IMG/VR virus record: IMGVR_UViG_3300010399_000039
Location: 7,220 to 71,219 of that record
Direction: 5' to 3' (one strand)
Source: a virus
DNA length: 64,000 bases
Part shown: in pieces, positions 1 to 10,107 of the stretch
Layout: each line of letters opens with the position of its first letter
How positions within the stretch are numbered: the stretch's first letter is position 1
Notes under the pieces: generated by a model
What the model saw: the letters and a program-made list of their open reading frames with translations, nothing else
Told to the model about the DNA's origin: nothing
Databases searched by the model: none
Program-made: the position numbers and the translations under genes

Positions 1-2
1 AC

Positions 3-419
3 CTGTTCACGGGTCGCAACGGATCGGGGAAGACTCATTTCTGTTGGGCTCTCTGCCGAGCGGCGTTGATTCGAGGAAATCGAGTGCGAGGGTTGTTGCT
101 GTCGGAACTGATCAGCCAATATCGGGATTGGGAAGTCGACGACAAAGCGCCGATGCCGAGTGTCCTACCGGAGCACCTGAAATCATCGGCGAAGTACACG
201 CTGTTTCTTGACGAGTTCGAAAAGGTGAACACGACGGAGTTTGCAAGCCGCAAGCTTTTCGAGTTGATGAACGCAGCGCGCGATTTCGAGCATCAGGTCT
301 TGATTGCTAGCAACAAGGAGTGGTCGAGAGTGCGCGATATCTGGTCGAAGACGGACCCGGTTTATGGCGATTCGATTATGAAACGAGTTGAGCAGTGCAG
401 ACTTGTGGAGATGTTCTGA
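3..419 (+). CDS. DnaC/IstB-like AAA+ helicase loader (5' end outside window)
   Basis: Frame 3 reads LFTGRNGSGKTHFCWALCRAAL (Walker A GRNGSGKT), then LFLDE (Walker B), LIASN and DSIMKRV (arginine-finger region). Confidence 0.85.
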   Translation: MFTGRNGSGKTHFCWALCRAALIRGNRVRGLLLSELISQYRDWEVDDKAPMPSVLPEHLKSSAKYTLFLDEFEKVNTTEFASRKLFELMNAARDFEHQVLIASNKEWSRVRDIWSKTDPVYGDSIMKRVEQCRLVEMF

Positions 420-553
420 TGCTTAAACCACCAACACGAAAACCAATGACTTGCATTCACTGTGGCGGCTTCGTCGGCCAGCGAAGAAAGAACTGCGACG
501 ACTGCCAGACGTGCGCGAGGAAGAAAGCGAAGGCGGCAAGGAAATCCCGATGA
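419..553 (+). CDS. small basic Zn-finger protein (44 aa)
   Basis: Not in ORF track. MLKPPTRKPMTCIHCGGFVGQRRKNCDDCQTCARKK...; TGATG overlap upstream and ATGA overlap downstream. Confidence 0.55.
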   Translation: MLKPPTRKPMTCIHCGGFVGQRRKNCDDCQTCARKKAKAARKSR

Positions 554-777
554 GACGACGGGCCGGTCGAGGCAGACAATACGCGATCAAGCAAGACACG
601 AGACCTCGCGGGCCGCGGAATTGTCCGTGGTGTAGAGGAACCGGATTTGTCCACGTCGATAACGCCGGTAATCGCCTGGAGTATTCTTCGCGCGCGGTCG
701 AAGCGTATCTCTTCGCGGGTGTCGTTCGATGCGATCACCAAAACGCGCAGCCCCAGCGCCTTCCGTATGCGGATTGA
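550..777 (+). CDS. hypothetical protein with CPWCRGTG Zn-knuckle
   Basis: ATG at 550 is coupled to the previous stop; CxxCxGxG motif. Confidence 0.55.
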   Translation: MRRRAGRGRQYAIKQDTRPRGPRNCPWCRGTGFVHVDNAGNRLEYSSRAVEAYLFAGVVRCDHQNAQPQRLPYAD

Positions 778-780
778 ATT

Positions 781-999
781 ATGAACACAACAGCCCCACT
801 GACAATCTTCGCCCCGCTTCACCCTCGCACGTTGAAGCAGATGACGTTTCGCGAATGTGGGATGGATTTCGTTGACGTAGACGAGCATTGCTCGGTTGGA
901 TTGACCGAAGCGCAACTCGATCAACGCTCGATTGAGATTGTAATTCCAATCTGCGTTGACCCTCGTTGTGGATGCAAGGCGGACGTGAGCGAGTGCTGA
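781..999 (+). CDS. hypothetical Cys-rich protein
   Basis: Tightly packed ORF in the operon. Confidence 0.5.
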   Translation: MNTTAPLTIFAPLHPRTLKQMTFRECGMDFVDVDEHCSVGLTEAQLDQRSIEIVIPICVDPRCGCKADVSEC

Positions 1000-1002
1000 G
1001 TT

Positions 1003-1617
1003 ATGAAGTATCGCACCATTCTAGCTGATCCCCCGTGGCATTTGCAGATGGCGGGCCAGTACAAACGCCGCAACGAAGGCCCGCGCATACTTCCGTATAG
1101 AACAATGCCGCTTGATGACATCAAGGCGTTGCCGGTCAACGACCTTTCTGAACGGGGTGCTCACATTTGGTTGTGGGTTACCACAGGAAAGCTCATCGAT
1201 GGTAAACCCGTTCTGCTCGCTGGGTTTGAGGTGTTGGCGGCTTGGGGCTTCACTTATTTACAATTGCTAACGTGGACGAAGCCGAGCGGATTTGGCAATT
1301 ATTTTTTGAGCCTGACTGAGCATATCCTGTTTGGTTATAAAGAACGGTGTGAGTTTAACCGTGGGCGGTACATCAAGAACGCATATCGTGAACTGCCGGA
1401 CGCATTGGAGCCAATAGATGAAAGTTACGCATGGGGCAGGGCAAAGGCAGGTGAGCACTCGCGCAAACCCGCGGCAAGTTACGAACTAATCGAAAGCATC
1501 AGCGACGAACCGCGTCTTGAATTATTCGCTCGGCCAATCACGCCGATGTTTCCTAAGATCGATGGCTGGCATACGTTTGGAAATGAAGTTGAATGCGACG
1601 TTACTTTAGAAACCTAA
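1003..1617 (+). CDS. MT-A70 family N6-adenine methyltransferase
   Basis: YRTILADPPW catalytic motif, LWVT, AWGFTY, TEHILFG, HSRKP and RLELFAR. Confidence 0.92.
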   Translation: MKYRTILADPPWHLQMAGQYKRRNEGPRILPYRTMPLDDIKALPVNDLSERGAHIWLWVTTGKLIDGKPVLLAGFEVLAAWGFTYLQLLTWTKPSGFGNYFLSLTEHILFGYKERCEFNRGRYIKNAYRELPDALEPIDESYAWGRAKAGEHSRKPAASYELIESISDEPRLELFARPITPMFPKIDGWHTFGNEVECDVTLET

Positions 1618-1689
1618 TCCTCAAAGCAGGGATTTGTCGTCCGAAGAAAAGTGTGAGAGTATCCGCACGATAAGAGAGAGCGAGCACTG

Positions 1690-2178
1690 ATGCCACAGCC
1701 TACCGAACAAATCTCTGAAAAGCAGAGGAGAATCCATAAGAATTCTATTGCTAACCTGAAACCGTTCGTGCGTGGTAAGTCGGGCAATCCTGGCGGTGTG
1801 AAGAAGGGCACGATCTTCATCAGCGAAGCCTACAAGCGGATGCTCGCGATGTCGCCGGAAGAACTCAAGCGCTACAAGCCCAAGAGTGTTGCCGAAGAGA
1901 TTGCGATGAGGCAGGCCAAGGACGCACGAGGCGATCTCCCGTTGCAACCCTCATTACCGGCCGCAAGGGAAATCGCTGATCGAACCGAAGGCAAAGCGCC
2001 GCAGACCGTCAACGTAACCGGCGACGTCACGTTTGAAGCGAGCGAGACGCGCCGCGAATGGGCCGAGAAGAAACTCGACGACCTGATGAAATCTCATCGG
2101 CTCCCTCGCGCCGCGATGATCAAAACTCTTAAAGCAACTGGGGCTACAAAACTTCTTGAGTTATTAGGGGAAGCGTGA
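1690..2178 (+). CDS. terminase small subunit (DUF5681-like N-terminus)
   Basis: NLKPFVRGKSGNPGG and ADRTEGKAPQ motifs; directly upstream of and overlapping TerL. Confidence 0.8.
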   Translation: MPQPTEQISEKQRRIHKNSIANLKPFVRGKSGNPGGVKKGTIFISEAYKRMLAMSPEELKRYKPKSVAEEIAMRQAKDARGDLPLQPSLPAAREIADRTEGKAPQTVNVTGDVTFEASETRREWAEKKLDDLMKSHRLPRAAMIKTLKATGATKLLELLGEA

Positions 2179-3974
2179 CGCCAAACCTCGTGCGCGAAAT
2201 CGAAATCCTCGAACTTGAGGCTCAGGCCCAGGTACTCCCCCCGTCAAAGCAAGAACTCGAATTAGATTATCACCTCTGGCTCTCGTATCTTCTGCCGAGA
2301 CACTTTCGTTCTGCCGGAGCCGAACAGTTCGCACCTCATCACGAGGATCTATGGGATTGGGGATGGCGCATTCAATTAGGCGAGATTGCAACGCCGCCAG
2401 CTTATCTCGCCGTGTGGCCTCGCGGGGGAAACAAATCAACAAGCGCCGAGGCTCTGGCGGTCGCGCTCGGTGCGCGCGAGCGGCGGAAGTTCGGTTTGTA
2501 TGTGTGCCGAACTCAGCCACAAGCCGATGGGCACATTGGCTCGATCAGTTCGATGTTGCTCAGATCACAAATCGGGAAGTTCTATCCCGGAATGGCGAAC
2601 CCGCAAATTATCGAGCTTGGCAATCGCAAGAAAGAGGGAACCTGGAATCGGTCGGCGCTGACAACCGGAACCGACTTCACGATGCAGGGCTACGGGCTCG
2701 AGAGCGCGTTGCGCGGCGTGCGTGTTGAAGAATACAGACCCGACCTAATCATCATCAGCGACATTGACGACATCAACGACAAGCCAACATACGTCAAAAG
2801 CCTGCTCAACAGCTTGGCCGGTTCGGTGCTCGGTGCGGCGTCGAATGATTGCGTTGTGCTGTTTGAGCAAAACCTAATTCATCACAACTCGATGATGAAT
2901 CAGATTCTCACTCGTGAGGTAGACACGCTCGGCGATCGATTCGAGGGCGGTCCAATCCCCGCGCTCTACGATGCGCAGTATGAACTCCGAGACAAGAAGT
3001 GGTTTATCGTTTCAGGAACCCCGTCGTGGGAAGGGCAAGGCATCGAAGCGTGTGAGAACAAGATCAACACCGAAGGCAAGGATTACTTCGAGCGCGAATG
3101 CCAGCACGACGTAGACCGAATCCTCGGGCGGCCGCGCTTCAATCTTGAGGCGATCAAAGAATTCGAAGTTGTCGAGCCAACGAACGGCGAGCTCGTGTTG
3201 AAGAAAGATCATCACCAAAAAGAGTCGGTGGTTTTCTATCCCTCCCCGAATGGCGCGCTTGCTATGTGGCACAAGCCGAAGCCTGGTCATCGGTACGCGG
3301 CCGGTGCTGATACCGCGGAGGGAATCGATGTAGCGGCAGGCATCTCATCTTCGACCGACCCGGATTTTTCAGTGCTGAACATTCGCGACGTGGAGAGCGG
3401 CGAGCAGATGGCGAGACTGCGCGGCCGAATCACCGAAGGCCCATTCGGAGAGGCTGTGTATGCGTTGCTTCGCTGGTACAACAACGCCTTCCTGGTGCCC
3501 GAAGTCAAAGGCGGCTACGGACGTGCGATGCTCAACAAGGTATTCGAGCTTGGCTATCCCGAGGAGCTGATTTGGAATCGACACATGTACAACGAGATTG
3601 CTGGGCAACCGCAGCATCAGGGCAAGGTTGCTTATCACGATTTCGGTTGGAACACGAGCGCAACAAATCGACCGACGTTGATTTCGTTTCTCGATGACGC
3701 GATCACCGGACACACGATTGAAACCTACGATCACGTGATGATTCAGGAGTATCGCCACTTCTGTTACGGCTCAAGTCAAGTCGAAGCCGAAGCAGGTTAT
3801 CACGATGACTGCGTGATTGCCGATGCGCTTTGCGTGGTAGGCATCTGGCTCGTTAATCATCGCAGACCTCGGCGTTCTGGTCCGCCGGTTATCCGCTACG
3901 CTTCGACGGGCGAGCCCGTTGAAGATCCGCGCAAGGATCGCGATCGAGTCAAAGACTGGTACAAGCGAATGTGA
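2175..3974 (+). CDS. terL: terminase large subunit
   Basis: PRGGNKST Walker A, RG..PDLIIISDIDD Walker B; nuclease motifs GADTAEG...DFS, VPEVKGGYG and HDDCVIADAL. Confidence 0.92.
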   Translation: MTPNLVREIEILELEAQAQVLPPSKQELELDYHLWLSYLLPRHFRSAGAEQFAPHHEDLWDWGWRIQLGEIATPPAYLAVWPRGGNKSTSAEALAVALGARERRKFGLYVCRTQPQADGHIGSISSMLLRSQIGKFYPGMANPQIIELGNRKKEGTWNRSALTTGTDFTMQGYGLESALRGVRVEEYRPDLIIISDIDDINDKPTYVKSLLNSLAGSVLGAASNDCVVLFEQNLIHHNSMMNQILTREVDTLGDRFEGGPIPALYDAQYELRDKKWFIVSGTPSWEGQGIEACENKINTEGKDYFERECQHDVDRILGRPRFNLEAIKEFEVVEPTNGELVLKKDHHQKESVVFYPSPNGALAMWHKPKPGHRYAAGADTAEGIDVAAGISSSTDPDFSVLNIRDVESGEQMARLRGRITEGPFGEAVYALLRWYNNAFLVPEVKGGYGRAMLNKVFELGYPEELIWNRHMYNEIAGQPQHQGKVAYHDFGWNTSATNRPTLISFLDDAITGHTIETYDHVMIQEYRHFCYGSSQVEAEAGYHDDCVIADALCVVGIWLVNHRRPRRSGPPVIRYASTGEPVEDPRKDRDRVKDWYKRM

Positions 3975-4014
3975 CGCTCGCCCACCCACGAACCCCCTTA
4001 GAGAATTAAAGCAC

Positions 4015-4044
4015 TTGCAATCGTTCCCACTCTGGGAGTACTCT
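4015..4044 (+). promoter_or_regulatory. putative sigma70-like promoter
   Basis: TTGCAA-18nt-TACTCT in an intergenic gap; resembles the 7717 site. Confidence 0.45.
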
Positions 4045-4058
4045 CGCGGGCGAACACA

Positions 4059-4550
4059 ATGCCCGACTACGAACTCATCAGCCCGTTTCCTGAAGCAGAC
4101 CTCCCCTCTGTATTTTTGTGGACTGAACCATACCGATACAAAACCGAATTCTTCGACCTAACCGAAGACGAATTCGTTGGACTCAAGCGCGAGAAGCAAG
4201 ACCGCGTGATGACGTGGGGAATCAGTCGCGATGGCGAGCTTGGTGGGTACATCGAGTTTGAAGCCCAGGGCGAGCGCGTAGGGTTTATGAGCGCGTTGTG
4301 CAAGTCGCACTTCTTTCGCTTCGACCGGCAGAGCTTGATCATCCCCGCGATGGGTGACGCAATCACAAACGTGTTTAAAGCCGGAGCCGCGTTGATTCTG
4401 TTTGATCCACTGGCGAGCAACACGCAGATGGTTCGATTGCTTCGACAGCTTGGCGCTCGCGATGCGGGCTCGACATTGGCGAACGGGATTCCTGAGAAGC
4501 GAGTGATGGCGATCGGGAGCGGGGATTGGAAACCTCGCGAGCAAGTATGA
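4059..4550 (+). CDS. GNAT-fold acetyltransferase-like protein (paralog 1)
   Basis: TWGISRDGELGGYIEF beta-hairpin and N-xxx-xxLLRQLG motif; similar to 34861-35547. Confidence 0.6.
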   Translation: MPDYELISPFPEADLPSVFLWTEPYRYKTEFFDLTEDEFVGLKREKQDRVMTWGISRDGELGGYIEFEAQGERVGFMSALCKSHFFRFDRQSLIIPAMGDAITNVFKAGAALILFDPLASNTQMVRLLRQLGARDAGSTLANGIPEKRVMAIGSGDWKPREQV

Positions 4551-7012
4551 GTTTTATTCCACCAGCAATTCGCAATCTATTCTCGAAGGGTTCAGACATG
4601 AACCCTCACGAACCCCCGCCTCTGCCCGATGAAGAAGAACCCGTCGAAGAACAAGACGAGCCGATGGGCGACCAGATTCAATTCGACGACGAAGAGCGGC
4701 GCTTGATCTCTGTCCAGGTCGAGGCCGACATCGAAGCAGCTAAGATTACCAATCGAATTCGGGCCGATAAGAACGCGGTATTCCAAGACTCGTGGCGCAA
4801 TCAAGCCGGGCTCCCAAAGAAAACAGACGGAACACCAAACTTCGAGTATCCCCTGATTCAAATTCAAGTCCTGCAGAAGATGGCAACCGAGAATCAAACG
4901 CTCTTCGGCGAAGACGCGAATGTAACGGCGATTGCAACGAGGCCAACCGATGCCGAGCGCGTCGCCAAGGCCGGAAGCTATATGCGTTGGGTTGCTTTCA
5001 ACGCAATGGATTTGATTTGGCGTTGGACCGTGTTCAGCTATCGCCGGCTGATGTTCGGCCGCGCATTCGCGATCCTGAGCTATTCGAAGAAGTATTACGA
5101 TCACCCAACAAAGGGCCGCGTAAAGTACGCCGAGTGCCCCGAGTTTCAGTTGCTCGACGCGGACGACGTATTCGTGCCCGGCGAAGACGCAGAGAGCGCA
5201 CAGGATTTCAGCTTCTTCGCGTATCGCTATTACGCAACGCCCGATGAGTTGCTGCTAGGCGAACAAGAATCGGAAATCTACCAGGGGATCGAAGAGAACT
5301 GGGACGAGATTCTGAGAGTTGCACGCGACACGAGTCAGCGCGATCAAAGTGGCACGGGACAGCAAGGAGTCAAAGAGGCGAAGGATCGCGCGGCTGGCGT
5401 CGACGTGTCGAACAGGTCATATCAAAACAAAGAATTCATCGAAGTGTTCGCGTGGCTCGGTCGCTGGCGGATGAAACTCGAAAGTGATTCAGCGGAGACG
5501 GGGGCCTCGGCCGAGTCGCCATCTGAGCTCCCTCCAGGCCCAGCTTCGAACGACATCGCCAGCGACCAAGCCGCGCCGAACGAAGTGCTCGTCAGCGACG
5601 AACAGCATTCATCCGATCCGAACCGCGAGAAGCGTCAGACCGACATCGTGATCCGATGGGCGCCGAAACTGCGCGGTGTCGGGAATCTCAACGGCATCAT
5701 CGGCGGACAGAAGCTCGCAGAGCTCTACCCCGATACTCCGACCAAGCGCCCGATCTACGAAGCTGCACTTGGACAAACCGGCGAGTATTGGCCGATGGGC
5801 TTGCCTGAGATGCTCTGGTCGATCAAAGAAGAACTCAGCATCAACGAGAACCTTGCAACCAAAGGGGGCGAGATGTCGGTTGGCCCATTTGGAGGCTACC
5901 GTCCCGCATCGAACGCCAATCCAGATTTACTCAAGATTCAGCCAGGCATCCTGATTCCAAGCAACAATCCCAAAGAGGACATCGCGCTATACAACATCCG
6001 TTACGACCCAACGTTCCCGACGATAAAACAGAACACGATGCTGTCGATCGTTGAGAAGCTGTTGGGCAACATGGATTTCTCAACGGGACGAGAAGGCGGC
6101 AGACCTAACGCCCCGCGCACAGCAAGAGGAACACTGGCGCTTCTGTCTCGCGGTGATCTTCGTGTGAACTTCGATACGAGCTTTTTGTTGCTCGATTTCG
6201 GAAAGCTGCTGAAGCGTCTCTGGGAGCTCTGCGCGATGTACGCGCCGCCCTCGCAATTCTTCCGAGTGACCGGGGAAGACGCCGAAGGTTTGCTCAAGAA
6301 GGAAGTTCAGAACGGCTTCGCAGCGATGACCGCGGAAGAGTTCGGCGGTGAGTTTGACTTCGAGTTGAAACCAGCGACCGGGATTCACGCCAAAGAAGCC
6401 GCGAAGGATGATTTGCTCCAGGCGTTCGCACTCGCGTTACAGCTTCCGATAATTCAGATGAACGCGAATGCGCAGTGGCGGCTCACGCGAATGGCGTTGA
6501 AGCCGTTCGGCATTCAACTCGAGAAAATCATGCCCGAGCCGCAGCCACCCGAGCTGTCGGTTGACCCGAAGGAAGAATGGCTTTCGATGCTGCGCGGCGA
6601 AGAGGTTCCTGTTCAGCCAAGCGACGACGATCAAAAGCATTTGATTCGGCACAATCATGACTTCGAGAAAATGGCCGATGGTCCGGATGACGAAGTTGAC
6701 GAGGACGCGCTGTTCAGACTCCACAGCCACATTCAAGAGCACATCCAACAGATCGCGGCCAAGCAGCAACAGCAAGCTCAGATGGCCGCAGTACTGCAAC
6801 ACGTCACAGCTCTTGCGGCAGCGGCTCACGCAAGCGATGCGATGGCAGCAGGATCAAACGGCAGCAAGAAGTCCAAGGGTAAGAATTCGTCACAAGGCGG
6901 CTCGGCTGCGCCGATGATTCCAATGCCTCAAGTGGCTGCGCCCGACGCGATGATGAGCGAGACGATGGGGTCGCAGGCGGGACCGGGAATAGGGCCGGTC
7001 GGAGCTCAGTAA
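4547..7012 (+). CDS. portal protein (podovirus-type)
   Basis: About 820 aa after TerL; FGRAF, YWPMGLPEML, RTARG motifs; C-terminal DDDQKHLIRH...HIQEH and a Q-rich tail; ATGA coupling at 4547. Confidence 0.88.
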   Translation: MSFIPPAIRNLFSKGSDMNPHEPPPLPDEEEPVEEQDEPMGDQIQFDDEERRLISVQVEADIEAAKITNRIRADKNAVFQDSWRNQAGLPKKTDGTPNFEYPLIQIQVLQKMATENQTLFGEDANVTAIATRPTDAERVAKAGSYMRWVAFNAMDLIWRWTVFSYRRLMFGRAFAILSYSKKYYDHPTKGRVKYAECPEFQLLDADDVFVPGEDAESAQDFSFFAYRYYATPDELLLGEQESEIYQGIEENWDEILRVARDTSQRDQSGTGQQGVKEAKDRAAGVDVSNRSYQNKEFIEVFAWLGRWRMKLESDSAETGASAESPSELPPGPASNDIASDQAAPNEVLVSDEQHSSDPNREKRQTDIVIRWAPKLRGVGNLNGIIGGQKLAELYPDTPTKRPIYEAALGQTGEYWPMGLPEMLWSIKEELSINENLATKGGEMSVGPFGGYRPASNANPDLLKIQPGILIPSNNPKEDIALYNIRYDPTFPTIKQNTMLSIVEKLLGNMDFSTGREGGRPNAPRTARGTLALLSRGDLRVNFDTSFLLLDFGKLLKRLWELCAMYAPPSQFFRVTGEDAEGLLKKEVQNGFAAMTAEEFGGEFDFELKPATGIHAKEAAKDDLLQAFALALQLPIIQMNANAQWRLTRMALKPFGIQLEKIMPEPQPPELSVDPKEEWLSMLRGEEVPVQPSDDDQKHLIRHNHDFEKMADGPDDEVDEDALFRLHSHIQEHIQQIAAKQQQQAQMAAVLQHVTALAAAAHASDAMAAGSNGSKKSKGKNSSQGGSAAPMIPMPQVAAPDAMMSETMGSQAGPGIGPVGAQ

Positions 7013-7275
7013 TGCCAAGCCCAGAAGACCTACAAATCGAACTTGGTCGATTGAAGACGAGCCCCGCTTATCTGCGGCTTCGCGAGAAGCACCTGTATGA
7101 GTATCGGCGCGCGACTGAAGAATTGCAGTCGGCAAATCTCGCGGACGTGCCCGGACTTCAAGCGCGCATCAAGGCGTTGTGCGAAGTGCTGGAGCTCCCA
7201 AACCAACTCTACCGGCAAGCAGGCGGCAACGGCGAAGTGTTTGAGCCCGTCGCGAAATCTTACGTCAACGAATGA
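7012..7275 (+). CDS. small helical protein after portal
   Basis: TAATG coupling; LQARIKALCEVLELP. Confidence 0.65.
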   Translation: MPSPEDLQIELGRLKTSPAYLRLREKHLYEYRRATEELQSANLADVPGLQARIKALCEVLELPNQLYRQAGGNGEVFEPVAKSYVNE

Positions 7276-7685
7276 GCACAACACCTCACAGCGCGGCGAT
7301 CATCGACTCCGTAACCTGCAACGGCTGCACGAAGCTGATCGCGCTATCCGAAGTTCGCAAGTACGGACTCGGTAATCAGGCGGACGGCTATCGCTGTTTG
7401 GAATGCCGCACGCTGTTTATCAAGGCGCGCGATGCGATGCAGGACGGCTTGAGCTTGATGCTTTCAGATCGTCCCGTCGAAGAAGTGAAGTGTCGGAGCT
7501 GTCAAAAAACCTACGAGCAACTCTACTGGGAGACCAACGGAACGTGCCGATGGTTTTGTCACATCAAAGATCAGGAATTTGCCTTGATATGCGGCGCGTG
7601 TTCCGATGCTTATGCGAGGAAGGCCACAGCGCTTTATCGCAATACCAAGTTCGAGCATAAAGCGAAGCTGAGAGGCAGCAAGTGA
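7272..7685 (+). CDS. Zn-finger protein (four CxxC pairs)
   Basis: CNGC, CLEC, CRSC, CGAC. Confidence 0.65.
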   Translation: MSTTPHSAAIIDSVTCNGCTKLIALSEVRKYGLGNQADGYRCLECRTLFIKARDAMQDGLSLMLSDRPVEEVKCRSCQKTYEQLYWETNGTCRWFCHIKDQEFALICGACSDAYARKATALYRNTKFEHKAKLRGSK

Positions 7686-7716
7686 CAGCTCTCACCAAAA
7701 AAGCTTCTCCAGGCAC

Positions 7717-7745
7717 TTGACAATCTCCACAGAAGCGAGTACACA
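7717..7745 (+). promoter_or_regulatory. sigma70-like promoter for head operon
   Basis: TTGACA-17nt-TACACA in the gap before the scaffold gene. Confidence 0.6.
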
Positions 7746-7829
7746 CTTGTACCCGAAGTGATCAATTCAACGAACATCACAAACGAGACCGGCCGGCTGG
7801 AGCCCTAACCAGCACTAAGGAGACTTCCT

Positions 7830-8705
7830 TTGGCAGACGAAAACGACGACTTGATCGACGACATCGATCCCACCAAACCGCTCGACGATCAGCCAACAGC
7901 TGACGACTCCGAGCTAGAAACTCCACCCGAAGAGCCAGCAGCGAAGGCCGAATTCTACGCGAAGAAGTACGAAGCGGAAGCGGCCCGAACTCGCGAGCTT
8001 CAACAGGACAACAAGAGACTAAAAGGGAGAGTCGAGGAAGAGGCGAGTACCAAACAGTTTCATTTCGACGATGCGAAGAAGCTCCGAGAAGAACTTCGTC
8101 GCACCCACGCTGGCCCCGAGAAACAACAGAAGCCCGAGCCCGAAGATGAAGATCTGAACATCGATCTTGCGGAACTTGCGACAGCCGACGACGGCGGCAA
8201 GCGCTTAGCGAGAATCATCGATGAGCGTGCAACGAAGATTGCAGCACGCGCGGCCCAGGGAGCGATTCAAAACACGCTCAACGAGCTTGGAGCCTTCAAC
8301 GGAGTCAACAGCCAGTATCCCGAACTCGCCAAACCTGAATCAGAGTTTGCCAAAGCCACCTTCGCCGAAGTCGCAAAGCTCAAAGAAAACGAGTTGTATG
8401 CGAAAACACCGGAAGCCGTTCTGACTGAGATTGCAGCCAAGAATGTCGAGTTGAACCTTCTCCGAGAAGGCAAGACTCGCGAGGGCAAAGATGCCGCCGC
8501 TGCGAGAGCAGAAGAAGCGCGTGATGCTCGAATCCGTCGGCAGTCGCAGCCAAACGGTAAGGGCAAGCCGAGCGGCGACAAAGGTGCGAAGGTTGAAGTC
8601 GATCCCAGGTTAGCCCGACAAGCGGAAGCGAGGGGCTTGACAGCTAAGGAAATCGCAGAAGCCTACGATCCGAAATCGATAGTCGGCTGGCAACCGGGCG
8701 CGTAA
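7830..8705 (+). CDS. capsid scaffolding protein
   Basis: Acidic N-terminus, coiled coil, YPEL and C-terminal ARQAEARGLTAKEI; AAGGAG RBS with TTG start; lies between portal and capsid genes. Confidence 0.72.
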   Translation: MADENDDLIDDIDPTKPLDDQPTADDSELETPPEEPAAKAEFYAKKYEAEAARTRELQQDNKRLKGRVEEEASTKQFHFDDAKKLREELRRTHAGPEKQQKPEPEDEDLNIDLAELATADDGGKRLARIIDERATKIAARAAQGAIQNTLNELGAFNGVNSQYPELAKPESEFAKATFAEVAKLKENELYAKTPEAVLTEIAAKNVELNLLREGKTREGKDAAAARAEEARDARIRRQSQPNGKGKPSGDKGAKVEVDPRLARQAEARGLTAKEIAEAYDPKSIVGWQPGA

Positions 8706-8769
8706 AACTCTGACTCGTTAGTACCCTCCTAAATAAGTCTCTCTCGTTGGTCCCAACGGGAGTTTCCCA

Positions 8770-9489
8770 ATGAGTTCCAAGCCGCAGAAGGCCCGAACGG
8801 GTTCTAAGCCCGAGGTCCACGCTCTTTCTCCGATCGAAGACACGGAGACGCTTTCTCCACAAGAAATCAAACGTCTGAACTTTCTCGGCTACAAGCAGGC
8901 CGACATCGCAGCGCTCTCGGTTGAAGAAGCGCGCTATCGGCTTGAGAACAAGAAAGCGAAACCGGGCAGCAAAGCATTCCTGAAAAACGCGGTCAGTCCG
9001 CTGACCGGCGTCAAGGGCTCAAGCCCAATCGCAGGACACTTCGACAATGAAGCAATCGAGACACGCAACGCCGGCAAAGATCGTGCGCTCGTGATTCAAG
9101 ACGAGTGGGAAGGCAAAGGGCTCCAAGCCGCGGGCCTTCTCTTTGATCAGCTCGACAAGCCTTATCGCGACGCGAATCCGGGCATGGTGTTCCGATGGCT
9201 GCACCCTGACACCGTGAAGCTGCTGGGCAGCGACGGCTTCCAGGACGTGCACGACGGAAACGGACAGCGCGTGATGTGTGCCGATCACTGGCTCGCTTTC
9301 AAGCCCCGCGAGGTTCAAGAGCAACAGGACGCGCGATTCGCAGAGGAAGTGAACGCGCCGTTCCAGGACGTGGGCGGACCCCAAGGCGTCGACCTTGGCT
9401 CCGTCAAGGGCGGGCGACCAGTTCCAACGCGCGAAAGCACGCTCAGACGCGGAGATGAAATGCCGCATTACGTCCCTCTCGATTCATAA
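8770..9489 (+). CDS. head-module hypothetical protein
   Basis: PGMVFRW...DHWLAFKPRE segment resembling proteins found between scaffold and capsid genes in podoviruses. Confidence 0.6.
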   Translation: MSSKPQKARTGSKPEVHALSPIEDTETLSPQEIKRLNFLGYKQADIAALSVEEARYRLENKKAKPGSKAFLKNAVSPLTGVKGSSPIAGHFDNEAIETRNAGKDRALVIQDEWEGKGLQAAGLLFDQLDKPYRDANPGMVFRWLHPDTVKLLGSDGFQDVHDGNGQRVMCADHWLAFKPREVQEQQDARFAEEVNAPFQDVGGPQGVDLGSVKGGRPVPTRESTLRRGDEMPHYVPLDS

Positions 9490-9525
9490 GAGGGAATTCC
9501 GAGTTCCAGTTAAGGAGAAATAGTC

Positions 9526-10065
9526 ATGGCAAACGTTGACAATCCACACGGCCTCGCGGTGCTTCGCAGACGCGGCGGCGGTCCGCTCGAAACCAGGGTC
9601 TTCAAAAAGCTCGCAGCCTTTGGAACCGCAATCTTCAAGAACGATGTCGTCATGCAGAAGGCGGGCGATGCAACGAGCGGCCCCGTCATCGAGCCGGGAC
9701 TGACCACGCCGGGCACAACGCTTCCCTCGGGGATCGCGGTCAATCACGGAGCCGTCTCGACGCTGACCGATCAGTGGGTCTTCACCGACTGGGATGTCGT
9801 CTTCGAGGCTCAGGACAACAACGACACCGACGGATTCACGGCGGCGAACTGCGGGCTCAACGGAAACATCGAGTGCAACGCCGGGAACGCAACAACGAAG
9901 CTATCCGGGCACGAACTGGATGAGTCCACCTTTGCAGCTTCGGGCAGCACTGACGTGACGCTGATCGACAAGTTCCCGGATGTGACCAACAACTACGGTT
10001 CGTGGTGTCGCGTGGAGTGCGTGTTCACGCATCATCGCGAAACGCCAGGAGCAGCCGGCGTCTAA
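9526..10065 (+). CDS. capsid decoration/cement-like protein
   Basis: MANVDNPHGL start, Gly/Thr-rich, strong RBS, immediately before the major capsid gene. Confidence 0.65.
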   Translation: MANVDNPHGLAVLRRRGGGPLETRVFKKLAAFGTAIFKNDVVMQKAGDATSGPVIEPGLTTPGTTLPSGIAVNHGAVSTLTDQWVFTDWDVVFEAQDNNDTDGFTAANCGLNGNIECNAGNATTKLSGHELDESTFAASGSTDVTLIDKFPDVTNNYGSWCRVECVFTHHRETPGAAGV

Positions 10066-10107
10066 GGCGTCGCAGAAAGATTGGAGTTTCGTTAAGGAGA
10101 AACTGTT